Assembly (NCBI GenBank): GCA_030704615.1
Contig: CM060734.1
Coordinates: forward strand, 14,942,001-15,006,000
DNA length: 64,000 bases
Origin: Takakia lepidozioides
Lineage: Eukaryota > Plantae > Bryophyta
Direction of reading: 5' to 3'
Both the position numbers and the translations under genes were made by a program. Below the pieces are notes generated by a model. That model worked only from the letters and a program-made list of their open reading frames with translations, was not told the origin of the DNA and ran no database searches. Below, one piece after another: positions 1 to 12,386 of the stretch; position 1 is the stretch's first letter; each line of letters begins with the position of its first letter.

Positions 1-143
1 CATGGATTATGCCATGGCGCCCGACAAGTGGAGGGAACATTGGATCGATGGCGGCGCATTTACTCCAGCCCTCCCAACCACATCGGGAGCCACGTACGAA
101 ATGTGGGGTGGCTTGCATGTCTTACAACAACTGAATCTGTTGT

Positions 144-600
144 TTGCAAACCGTCAAACTGGAGAGCTCGAGAGGCAGTGAGGAGAGTGTTTGTTTTCAG
201 AGGAAAAAGAGAATGAAGTCATTGTACTTCACAAGCAGCAAGGCTAGGAAGAGAGCACGAGAGAGGATGAGACTGCAAACCATAAACGAAGAGGAAAAGG
301 AGGAAGAAGAGATGATGGAGGGAGGACAAGGCATTGAGGAGAGACTGGCAATGCAAACGATCTCCAAATAGATGAACAGCCGCCTATCATGCGCAGAAAG
401 GGTGAGGAAGAGACAGCATTGGAGGGCGACTCGGACCCCGAATACGACGTTGATGCTCGCCTCATGCAGAAGCACATTCTTGACAAGAGGATGGAAGAGA
501 GGTTCCAGAAAATGATCGGCGTTGAAAGCACTGTCAAGCGGAAAGTGGACCTGACGATTGGAGAGACTTTGCCTGCAGCACAAAGGATGGTAGAAGTGTT
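144..600 (+). pseudogene. 5' fragment of the ParB-like accessory gene family of the MULE-like elements
   Basis: RKKRMKSLYFTSSKARKRARERMRLQ resembles WKRRKSLYFTSVRERLRSREQM (22580 region) and RRKLRKLYFGRR..KQMRLQEE (44330, minus); both precede ParB-like exons. The rest of the gene is absent here. Confidence 0.4.
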
Positions 601-1982
601 GTCGTGTTTCTCCTTTTCTTCTTGTGATAAGTTATGCTAGGAGAGTGTGCGGCACCGCACACTCTCGCAGCTGTCTGGCCGTGTTTGTTTTCGGTTCGCC
701 TTTTGATTTGGGAGAAGCAGGAAACAATCTCTTTCATGTTTCTAAGTAGCTTGCAGGGTGATATTGCAAGTCTCCCAGAGATATAGATAATTAGTTTTCA
801 AGTAACTTTCTCTTTTCGCTGAATATCTGTGGAGTCTAGCTTCCCTTTCATCACTCATGTCCCATGTCTTTCATATCTTTAATGAGGCAATAGCCAAAAC
901 TCTCTTCTGTAGTATCTCTCGTATATGCCTGGATTTCTTTCAAGCTTTAATGCACCCTTGGCTATAGTAGAAGGCTCCGTTACCATATAACCATATGGCA
1001 AGCATGTCTGAAAAGCTGTTCTTGGTGTAAGTTTGATCCACAAAATATCCTTAGGAATCCAATTCTTTACCAGTACAAGTTCTTCATGCATATGAGTAAA
1101 AACATTCACTTTCCATTCCTCCCAGCTTTCAAACTCCACTCGTTTAATGGATAGCAATGCTATCACATAAACCAGTGTTGGTAACCAACTTGCTCTCCCT
1201 CTACAGGCCACTTGATAAATCTTTATCACTCTTTTCTCCAGACCCCACTCACTAGAAGAGAAACCGGCTTTTTCCACGGCTTTTTCCACACTTTTTGCTG
1301 TGGAATCAGCCGCAATCCACACCTGTCGTGGGTGTAAGAAACGACTAGTGCTTTCGGACACCTCGTGGACGGCCTGGCTCTCGGGTGGCCCTGTGGAAAA
1401 GTCCACGGGTGGCTGAATCCAGAGGTGGTTTTTTTCACGGGGTGAATGGCTTTTTCCACGGGCGATGTGTGCTTTGGCGAACACCGCCACGTGGATCCTA
1501 GACGTACAAAGGGTGTGGACTTGTCCATACCTACGGGAAAATTATGCGACAGCCCTGTCACCATGGCTTGACGACATCTGGGCAACAGTATGGGCACCAC
1601 GTGTATTTTTGTCAGGGCAACACGTGGCGTATTTTGGAGCAACTCTTGGTGTGGGTGTGGAGTATTTTACTGCCTATACTGTAGGTCATTCCACATAACT
1701 GTGGAGAAGACCATAGCGGGTGTGAAATATACTACGACCTACGTTGTAGGACATTCCACATAAATGTGAAGGATACCACAGTTCACCGTAGGTTGCTTGT
1801 GGTCAGTATCACGATCTAAAGACACCTAAACACAATTCCAAAGCATCACGGCAACAACCTGCTCATGACATGAAGAACTGACTAAGCATGGCCAGAACAA
1901 CAGATAGAATGAGCAGATGCAACGATAATTCAAAATTACATAAGTGCTTCAGTGCCCAAATACACTTCAGTCTGACATCAAA

Positions 1983-2026
1983 GAGTCTGAGTCTGAGTCT
2001 GAGTCTGAGTCTGAGTCTGAGTCTGA
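1983..2026. repeat. (GAGTCT)n microsatellite
   Basis: About 7 perfect hexamer units. Confidence 0.9.
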
Positions 2027-2659
2027 GGCAAAGGCCAGGTTGCACAATGCAGCCCAGCACAGAGGTTCAGCCTAAAGCTCCAAAAAATGACATTTGTTTG
2101 TTTTCCAAGTTCCTGCATAAGATGCACCAACCAACATTGCATTGTGAGACACTCACTATACTCCAAAGCTATCAGGGAAGGTTACTAAGCAACCTGCCAA
2201 GGCGGAAACACCTGAGTCTGGACCCACACTATATCCCTGCTCCTTCAGCTATCCATGCCTCTGCACAAATCAAGCATACATCCTTGCCTTGCTGCTAGCA
2301 GCTGACGATGATAGCCTAGATTTGTTCTAGGAAACACCCAACTCAACTTATCACACTAGTTTCTATGTTCAATTGCATCTGCTACTCTCTATAATCCAAC
2401 AAGCATTCACCTTCTTGCCTCGATTGTCCCACCATTGACTGGGGTCAGAAAAGTATTCATTCCACAGCTTGTCCTCGTCTCTGTTACCTAGTTCTGGATA
2501 CTTTCCTGTTGTCACATCGGCAGTATCATGTCAAAGTCACTCCAAACTAGATTCACTCAACCAGCTAACTTGCAGAATTCAACATGGAAAGTTAGGGCCG
2601 ATTCTAATAAGAGGGAAATGTAATGAAGAAGATGCTTTCATTAGAAATGCCTCTTTAGT

Positions 2660-3510
2660 TTAAATTAAAGTCTGTAGAGCCTCTTTCAGTCTGCGTGCCT
2701 CACAAGGCATCTTCACATGCCCAGAAGTGCCAGAAGAGGCTTGTGGACTCCCTCTCTTGATCCTCTTCCAGAAGCTGTGGTCTTGGTTGAGGTGCTTGAT
2801 TTTATCAACTGTGACATTGCAGCTGCTGCCTTTAGTTGACCATCTACCCATGCAGGTTTCTTGTAGCTATTGATCCTAGCTAGTGCCTTGTTCTATCAAT
2901 GTGCTGTTGCCGCTGCTCTTTCCAATTGATCATCTACCCACTTGTAGCCGTTGTGCTATTGAAGAAGGTTCCCCCTTTCCCCCATTTTTCAGAGGTCCCA
3001 GGCTTGCACACGCTTTTGCAAACACAAACACCCACGCGTGGTAAATCCTTCCAGCATTGTATTCCATGAGATCAAAGATCGTTGAGGAATTCTGTTGAAA
3101 ACTTGGTGAGCATTCATGATGCTCCCGCACTTAACATACAGGTTGACAAGGGTGTTGAGGAGAATTTTTTTTGGCGTGAGTCCACTTTGGATCATAATGT
3201 GAGTGTGCACCTGCTTTCCAGCTTCCAAACCTTTCCTCTTGATGCACTTAAGCAAGAGACAGACATGCTTATCTAAGTCTGTTGAAATTCCTCATTGGTT
3301 TAAAGTCTGTAGAGTCTCATTCAGTCTGCTTACCTCACAAAGCATCTTGACATGCCCAGAAGTGCCAGAACAGGCACTGTGGACTCCCTCTCTTGATCCT
3401 CTTCCAGAAGTTGTGGTCATGGTTGAGGTGCCTGATTTGATCATTTGTGCCGTTGCTTCCGCGGCTTCCAATTGACCATCTACCCAAGCAGGTTTCTTGT
3501 AGCTATCCTT
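2660..3510 (-). pseudogene. Captured PLS-class PPR gene fragments
   Basis: GKQVHTHIMIQSGLTP..LLNTLVNLYVKCGSIMNAHQVFNRIPQRSLISWNTML (PLS PPR motifs). The N-terminal piece VKMLCEVSRLNETL is duplicated (2660-2880 vs 3300-3510). Confidence 0.78.
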
Positions 3511-5279
3511 CCACAGGGAATCATAGGTGATCTGGAGCTTGAAATCCGGCCCGCTTCGATGAATCTCAACCCACACTCTATCCCTGCTCCTTCATTCCAG
3601 AGCTTCTCTTAGTTTCTGTTATCTGTTTTCAATACTTTCCTGTTGCCACATAGGCAGTAACATGTCAAATCAGTTCAAAACCCCGGTACCATAGATCCAC
3701 CAAGAGCTAACTTGCAGAATTCACCCGCTCGCTGCTCTAAGTCCCAGCCCTCTCTCTCTCCCTCCTGCTCGCTCGCTCTAAGTCCCAACCCTCTATTCAC
3801 AACTACTGGGATGGGCAACTTTTTAAAAAAATTAACCTTTTGCAAACCCTACAAGCAACTTTTGCAAAAAAAAATTAAACCTTTTGCACTTTGATCTTTG
3901 AACCTTTTGCACTCTGCAACAAGTTTTAAAGGTACCATGTACTAGCTCTACCCTGTTTTCATTTTACAATGTTGAATGATTCATATTTATGTCCCTGCAC
4001 TGATATGGTCACACTTAATTTGACTCCCTTCAATCATAATATGAGGACTGTTAAGCATTGCATTCGGTTTACATTGCAAAGTGCGACGACCACCTCTTCG
4101 TCTTTCCGAGGGCAGATTTCTGAAGTTCATGATTTATTCCATTTGCAGCGGAGTACTAACTAAACCCATACACCACAATCAGTAGAAATAATTGTACTGG
4201 CTCAGTCTACAGACCCGTGATAAAAGCCGTGGAATGTGCCAGGTGTGAGATGGCAGAGCCGTGGAAAAAGCCGGTTTCTCTTCTAGTGACTCTGGATCAG
4301 CATCATGCACTCTCTTAAGAATGTTTTCCTTGCAACCGTCTGGCAATTCCAAGAACCTCTGAAAGAATTGTTTGGACAATCTTTCTTTCTCAGTTCCACA
4401 GGGAATTTGATTCACATCAAATTCTTTGATTCTCCATCCACCATGATCCCACCAGATGCCTGTCACATCTGGTTGTTCTTGACTCAGTTCCCTAGTATGG
4501 TCGCCAAATGTCGAGCGGCTTTTACTCACCCATCCCTTCGCTATCCGAGGTGGAAACTCCAAGATAGAAGAGTTGGAAAAACTCGATGGGAGACGTTGTG
4601 CAAAAAGTAACTGCCTCAGCCTTGTAGAAGGAGCTATGCATGTTTTGGACGACATTTGGGTCCCGCTTCTGTCCACACATTTGTCCCGTTTTGAGTGGCT
4701 GCCGGATTGATTTAGTTAGGTAATGACAGAAATAAACGGAATTATTGTTTTGAGTTTAATTTTGGCTGTATTCATGACTTCCTGGTATTTGCCCGGTTAT
4801 CGCCTTAACAGAAAACATTGTCCATGACAGAACAGGGACAACTATCATTGGTACTCCGCCGATTTGCAGGACCTCTGCACTGAAAGCATTGTTAGGTTTC
4901 ACGTGTCTGTAAAAGTTTCAATGACATTGGATTCCGATTTTTCTGTCTTAGCCGGCTTTCCCTTATGCCGCTGCTGGCACATAACAGCTCGTATTTCCCG
5001 TTATAACAGCCGCTTCTTAAAGACTCTTTAACGGTATGGTAGTTTTTTCAATGTCTAGGAATGTGCTCTTACATACTTGGGATTTGTACAACGGTTTTGG
5101 ACATGCAAGACGATGTCAAGACGACCTGTATGCAAATTCTAGGGGCCTCGGGTACTATAGGCGCGGAATGACAGGGACCAGACATATTATCCCTTGTCTG
5201 GTTTGTTACAAGAATCCACACACAAGTGGTGGGACTCTGCACTTTGAGGCTTCATGCTAAGAGAGGATCACAATTTCTC

Positions 5280-7622
5280 TGACATATACATGAGTTCCTC
5301 TGAAGCATAGGTTCTTCTCTGACGATAAACATGTTCCTTTCTCGAAAAATGCGGATGACAATGGTTTCGCAGTTGTGCTGGAACGTGTACTAGCCACACG
5401 CTTTTAGCTCGAGAATGGCACTATCTTTCTTGAGAGAGAGGTGTACGGTGTCGACGGGAAGTTGGTGAAATCCTCATTCCAAAATCCAGATGAAACTGCT
5501 CATATCAATCAGTGGAGGGTGCCTCCAAGAAGATACAAGGTCCATGGAGATCCTAGACGGCGGTCCATCGGCTCATATGTCACACCGGGAACGACAGCTT
5601 CGGTGGTTCAAGAAAAAAGGGATGTGGTGGTGAAAATGGAGACAACAACCTCCACCCCAATCATTGAACTATCGGACTCGTCGTCGAAGGACGCCTCAGA
5701 AATTCCATGTCCGGTGCATCCACCAGTGGTTGTGGAATCTGTTGTTACAAACATCTGCAGTGTCATTCCAAAGCTGAAGTCAATGGGAGGGATGGCCGGT
5801 TTCAATAGTGAGTTGCGGGGAATTCAATGGGACGCTTTCAATATTGTGCGTGTACAGTTTCTGCCGAAAACATTTGATGGGGATATCATGTTTGAGCTGC
5901 CTCCACCTGGCGAGTTGGTCCTATTTCAAGTCTGATGCAAGGAATGGACAAGAAACACGATGGACACCCATGATATAGAATGAAAACATCCAATATTCAA
6001 AATCAGGACAACCTCGTATTCAAGAGAACGGTATGCAATGGGCACCTGAGGTGCGAGAATTTTAATTGCAGGCATTTCATTCAGTCTGGAGTTCAGAACC
6101 AGAGCGAGTGGGAGGGTATCATGGATAATCCTTTCAAGCCGGGAGTGGCGCCTCCAAGCACCGACACTTTCGTGTGCAAGTTTTGTAGGGTTGTGCCTTC
6201 TTGTCTGGCAATGTGTGGTGCAAGAATGTACTATGTGGTGCACCGTTTCAAAACCATGACTAGAGCCTGTGTACATTTTGGTTTCCACAACCATCCCGTG
6301 TCAAAGGGGATTACAAGGAAAGTGTTGAGACAGTTTCGAGGTTAAAAAAAGAGGAGCATGAAAGCAATCCAACAACCACCACTTCCGCAATTGCTCTTGG
6401 AGCAAGCAAGACCTTCTTGGAGAGCCATATTTTTGGTGTAGGTTGGTGGCAAGGGTCCAGGCAAAAGTGAGTTGATGTTGCGAGCTGCAAAAAGATCAGG
6501 GGATCCGAGCAAGATAGCCAGGGCGGTGAGCATGTATGCCGATGGAACTCCTCTCGTGTCTAGAGTTCCACATCTCGAAGGCGAGGAGAGATTCGGCTCT
6601 TGTAAGCGGAAATTGAACACCCCACCTAGTTCGGATGCGGATTCGCACATGGCAGACCGGGACAACTTCTCCACGCCGCGAGTTCCCTTGCATCAGAGAT
6701 CCATCTCCGGAACCACCACTGTGAAGGAACCTTCGTCACGACGCCATACCCCTACATCTCCCACTGTCAGTGCAATGGTGCAGGAGATTAACAGGCTCCC
6801 CGATGTGGTGGAGTCCATGTGCGCTGACGAGGTTTGGCACATAGAACACATCAGTGCTGGGTCTCGAGTGAAATGTACAGCGATCAAGGACACCAATTTT
6901 GAAAAGTGCACGTCCTCCATTTCCAGAGGCGGTGCCCAGACTCCGGCTCCGACTTTCACTGGTTTGTTCCGCCCATACGGGCAACCAGAGGCCAAGAACC
7001 ACAAATTCTGGTTCTGCATGGAACTGTGCGACCATCAGTGGTGATGAAGCCTCCTCCACCAAGCGTTTGCCCTGTGAAGGTGGGGACAGATCTCACAACG
7101 CAAGAGATTGCAATGCTGGAGGAGGCAGGCTTTTCCCTTGCAAGACAACCCCCTGTGCGTGCAGGTGCTTTGAGTTCCGCGAATTCTCGGGTCCCACCTG
7201 CAGATGCTCATTTGTGGCCAACTAGACGGAATGGAAAGCTGGTTCGGCGTTTCCCTCCAACTGCAAAACACTTCGGCAAGGTGGAGTCCGCAAGAATGCT
7301 TCAAGCTCGTGTTGCAAGCACCACGGAAGTGCCCGATCCGAGGTATGGTCGGGTGTACAAAATGATCACGTCGACATCTGCTCTGCAGGACAGGGCATAC
7401 GACATCACTGTTTTCAATTTCCCCGATTGCACCTGTCCGGATTTTGTTGGTATGCTTTCAACTAGTTTGGGAAAGAGAGGGAAATTCATACCCTGCAAAC
7501 ATCTGTATTTCATCTTCTTGAAGAGAATGGTTTGTGATCCCAAGCACGACATCTTCATTCACTAGGCTACTATGAGTTTCAACAAGGTCAATACACTCTT
7601 GCAGCAGGATACAAGCACATAG
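5280..7622 (+). pseudogene. MULE-like transposase relic (GCM-like domain + C-terminal SWIM finger; DDE core deleted), copy 1
   Basis: DKKHDGHP..KTSNIQ..CNGHLRCENFNC..CKFC..CGARMYY..HFGFHNHP; SWIM YDITVFNFPDCTCPDF..IPCKHLYFIF; stops and frameshifts; close paralog of 19945-21941. Confidence 0.75.
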
Positions 7623-10214
7623 GTAGCATCCACTTGCACTTGGTGAATCTGGAATCTGGAATCTAGAATCTGGTCATTATGGAATGTGGAATGTGGAATC
7701 TAAATTGCAACATTGAATTCAATTGTAATTGTAAATGTAGAATGTGTGGAATGGATTTCAAAGTTTTAATAGGCAAATTTTCCATTTTTGGTTTGTCATT
7801 TGTGGTTTTTTGGTTTGATGTTTCCTAAGTTAATCCACGGTCATAGGACCCTCGGGTATAGGCGTCGTATCTCTCAGGTGATGTGGCGTATGCTGACGTG
7901 GCACCACGTCAGCATACCCACACCATGTCAGCAGGCTCATATCACGCTCACGCCACGTCGGCGACATCCTATGTAGGCTCACACCATGTCACCATTGTGT
8001 GAGCGTATGATTAGGTGCTCCGTAATTGCTTGTAAATCCTCAGGTCAATCGGAGTTAAAAACCAATTGAGATGACACCCAGCCAGGTGGACTTCGTTCTT
8101 TCCGCAGACCTTATCACGGGAGGTCTCCCGTTCCCCAGGGCTCGGCGGGCGGCACTGCAACCATGCTTGTCGTCATCTCCTGGGGGCATACTAGGCCCCA
8201 TAGTCACTCCAACTTTTTACGGCCACAAGACCTTGTGGATGCATAAATGGGTACAATTTTATTTTCGGATCGTTTTTTATCCTTAGCCAGGTAGTTTCGG
8301 TATTGTACTGCCAAGACATTACAAGTTGTTAGTTATTTGGGGAACCGCTGGTGAAGCACTTATGAACTTAGATAGGATCTGAGACGGGCAACAAGTGTTA
8401 CTCTGACGTCAAAACGACAGTGGGAAGCTACAGAGACATCATAGTAGGCTACCAATTTGGTACAACTAACAGCAACTTGGAACTGTTTGAACTGTACGAG
8501 GGTGACTGTAAGGACGGGTTGCGATTTGTCTATTCTCCCTCTTCTCATATCCAGTAGGATCACACAGTGAGAGCACTTGGCAATTTAGAGTAGGAATTGT
8601 ATAGCGATGAGATATCGCAACAACAGCAGGACGCTGCATCGGGCAAGCCACGCCAGTGACAGCGAAGAGTTAGAGTGGTCTTCATCGGACAGTGAGGCAT
8701 CCTCTTCCGGTGATGAAGAGGACTGATGCAGTCCTCTTATGTGTTCTCGAGACCCTCGTGACCTTGACTGAATGCCCTTGTTGCTATTTGAGATGGCTGG
8801 GCACATGCTTTTGCACATATGTAGCTTGGAGGCTTTGAAGATGGTGGGATTTGCTTCAGCTTTTAAAGATACCATGTACTAAGCACCTACTTTTTCCATA
8901 TCCTGCCAGCAAATTTCCAGTGGATACATGACTTTCAGGCCTGGTCACAGTTGTTGGTGTTGACATACAAATGTTACATGTAATTATTGTGTGCTTTAGG
9001 CCACAATAAGCACAAACAGGTATTGTTGTATTTGCATTTTAATATTTGAAAGCAAAATGTTTGCATACATGTGGGGGTGAGTCATCTATCACCACTTCTT
9101 TGCTGTGTGCGGGGGTTTGCTCTCTTCTTTTTACTGTCTCAGCTCTTGTCTCGTTCCTGTCAGTCTTTGCACAACGAGCAGCATGTGGGACACTTTCAAT
9201 TGCACCATTCAACACTTCAGTTTTCTCACCAGTCTATAGGTACGTTGAGGCAATGTCGAGACAAACTCTCTCTCCTTCCGGGCATGATTGCAGCTGGTTT
9301 TACATGAATGGACATCATGTACTCACCCCCTACATTGACATGCATTGATGAATTCGCAAGTCATGGGCTTGCAGAAAGTGGCGCACGTAGAATATACATG
9401 CCTACGTATGTGAATTTCATTTGCAGTGGCAATTAGTTACTCCAAAGATTGCACACAATATTTTCATGGGGCTCATACTCTGATGGCAATTCAAAGCCCT
9501 ATTATTACTATCGCATTCACAAGATGAGAGTAAGTGTCTTCATTGAACCACTGTTACATAGGATTGTGTATGGAGAAGGTGATGACCCTGTAGGCTTTTG
9601 TGCGGGTTTACAAGCACACCTTTTTCTGTCATGTGTGTTTATCTGATGAATGTGTGAGCAATGCTCCAGGTCATGCACATTCTGTTCTTTGAATTTTGTT
9701 CAACATGCAAGCTCTATGATTAGGCAGACCAAGTATGTGACGAGACTGGAATCCGAGCATTATGCATAAAATGGAGACATATATTGAGAGATGTCAGAAG
9801 TTCAACAGCTCATGGTAATATTCCTGGCGACCAAGCTTGCCCCCACATTGCATGACTACTACAAGTACTTGATCCTTTTACAAATCAGGCGCATTGGTGG
9901 AGTATGCCCCTTAAGTATCCATCACCACTGTCACAAATATGATGCAACCAAAACACAGGGGGCTAGCCCTCGGCCTCAATGCATATTTGTGCCCAGCTCA
10001 GCCTCTCGTTGCCATAGGCGCTCATGTCTCCACTGCGTCACAGAAGGGGGGTTGGGTTACATGACTACACATGCAGCTTTGAAGATGGTGGGATTTCCCT
10101 ATGCTTTTAAAGATACCATGTACTAAGGCAGGACTTTTTCCATCTCATGATTCCTTGATATGTTTTTCAATACATCTGGCACTCTCTTTAACCCAAGAGG
10201 CAGTCACGTTTTTG

Positions 10215-10655
10215 CTTGAGTTGTCCCACCATTGACTGGGGTCTGAACGGTATTCATTCCATAGCTTGTCCTCATCTTTGTGACCCGTTTCTGGATACTT
10301 TCCTGTTGTCACATGCGCAGTATCATGTCAAAATCACTAAAAACTATGTCAGGTTCAGTCAACCAGCTGACTAGCTATCCATGCGTCTGCACAGATCATG
10401 CATACATCCTTGCCTTGTTGGTAGAAGCTGACAATGACAGCCTCAATTTGTTCCAACAAACACCCAACTGAACTTATCACACTAGTTCCTATGCTCAATT
10501 CCATCTACTCTCTCTATAATCCAACAAGCATTCACCTTTTTACCTCGATTGTCCCACCATTGATTGGGGTCATTGCAGTATGCATTCCACAGCTTCTCCT
10601 CGTCTCTGATACTTGTTTGTGGATACTTTCATGTTGGCATATTGGCAGTATCATG
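10215..10655 (+). repeat. Dispersed duplicate of sequence inside the CACTA element (2274-2570), present in two pieces
   Basis: TTGTCCCACCATTGACTGGGGTC and CATACATCCTTGCCTTG...ACTTATCACACTAGTT blocks are shared with 2274-2570. Confidence 0.75.
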
Positions 10656-11945
10656 CTTTCAAACTTTGCCAGTACGTTTGGTATACCCTCTCACAGGTCC
10701 CGGACTAATATGAGATCAATCGAAATTCATTCGATGGCTGAACGGATGGTTGCCCATCTGAACGAATTTGGTTTGCTTAATTCAGACTTTGCCAGTGTGC
10801 TCAATGTACCATCTAAGAGGTCCCAGAGTAATTTGAGATTAAACGAAATTCGTCTAATGGGCCAACAGATGGTTGCCCATCCAGATGATTTTCGTTCGCT
10901 TCGAGACTTGGCCAGTATGTCCAATGTACCATCTGACAGGTCCCACAGGCGTTCACGTGTCATCCAATTATTCATTGCGAAAAAAAAATCATGTCATGGG
11001 TGAACGGCCAATGCACCCATTGAACGGATGAGGTTGAGGCCCATCTTTTGCCTGCATGTGCTTGAATATGTGTGCAACATATGTGCGGAGAACCAATAGA
11101 AGCAATAAACATTTGCCTCCCCAACCACGCCCTCGCCCTTCCACCAATTTACAATTAAATTGAGTTTAAATGAATTTCAAGCAAATAAATAGGTTTACAC
11201 TGTCTTTGATTGGGGTTTTCTGCTACGTAACGACTTTATTTTTGGCTCGATGTTGTTCTCTGGCTTCAACCCTCCCACCGCTACATCCCTGCAAACATTT
11301 GGACCAAACAAAAATGTTTTTTTCTTAAAGTGTTCTCTTCGCTCACTATTGGAGAACTCTCTATGAAGAGTGCATGAAGTAGAAGACAAATCAAGTTTGG
11401 AGTGCAAATTAGAGAAGAAACTATGGTTTTGGGTCCTAACGACTTTTGTTCGTTATGAAATTTGGCACGCACGTTGCATATGCCGTCATTAGACATATGG
11501 CTAAAAAACATAATGAAAAAGAAATCATGTGCACGCGAAAGACCATCCAACAGGTCGCAGAGTAATAGCACATCAAACGGAATTCATCCAACGGTTGAAT
11601 GGATGGTTGCCCATCCAAATCATTTTTGTTTGCTTTCAAACTTTGCCAGTACGTTCAGTACACCCTCTCATAGGTCCCGAACTAATATGAGATCAATCGA
11701 AATTCATTCGATGACTGAACGGATGATTGCCCATCCAAACGATTTTGGTTCGCTTTCAGACTTTGCAGTGTGCTCAATGTACCATCTAAGAGGTCCCAGA
11801 GTAATATGAGATGAAACGAAATTTATCCAATGGGCCAACGGATGGTTGCCCATCCAAATGATTTTCGTTCGCTTCGAGACTTGGCCAGTATGTCCAATGT
11901 ATCATCTGACAAGTCCCAGAGTAATATGAGATCAATCGAAATTTT
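10655..11945 (+). repeat. ~120-bp tandem repeat blocks (10655-10950 and 11560-11945)
   Basis: GGATGGTTGCCCATCC...AATATGAGATCAATCGAAAT recurs with a ~120-bp period. Confidence 0.8.
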
Positions 11946-12386
11946 ATTGTGCTTTGTTAACTTTGAGGATATGTTCTTCATACGTACATCGAATTTTCGA
12001 TATGATTATGAAATACGAGACTAGGTGAAATTTGTCAGGAAGACGAACGTTCGTAACTCGTTATAACTTATTGGTTAACATCCATTTTCCTTGTTGCCCA
12101 TCTTTCGGAGTTCATTGCAGATACCCACATACACGTCATGACCAAATATTACACCATTGTGAATTTGAGGATGAACCACTTCCTCCCCATCACATGAGTG
12201 CAAAACCGGAAGAAAACGCGTTACGCTGCTCATGCAATTGAAATTTGCAGGTGCCGCACGTGTATTAATAAAATTGGTGCATATACAAAATTGGCGGAGT
12301 GTTATCAGTGTGTTCCATAAATTCAAGGTACAACAAAAATCCACATTGTCTATGTATTACGTTGCTACTCATTCAAATCCTCGTTA

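Larger units (their letters stand above)
1250..4288. mobile_element. Non-autonomous CACTA (En/Spm) element carrying host gene fragments (Pack-CACTA)
   Basis: Perfect 32-bp TIRs CACTAGAAGAGAAACCGGCTTTTTCCACGGCT (1250-1281, 4257-4288); 3-bp TSD ACT (1247-1249, 4289-4291); subterminal TTTTTCCAC repeats; no transposase. Confidence 0.93.
879..4676 (-). pseudogene. Unknown ~250-aa ORF split by the CACTA insertion
   Basis: Removing 1250-4288 plus one ACT copy joins ...KRVHDADPE to WGLEKRVIKIYQ... in frame (gat cca gag tgg ggt ctg gag). Confidence 0.5.

Noticed and set aside
8330-10130. Short ORFs and possible gene fragments
   Set aside because: No recognisable motif in any frame; frequent stops.
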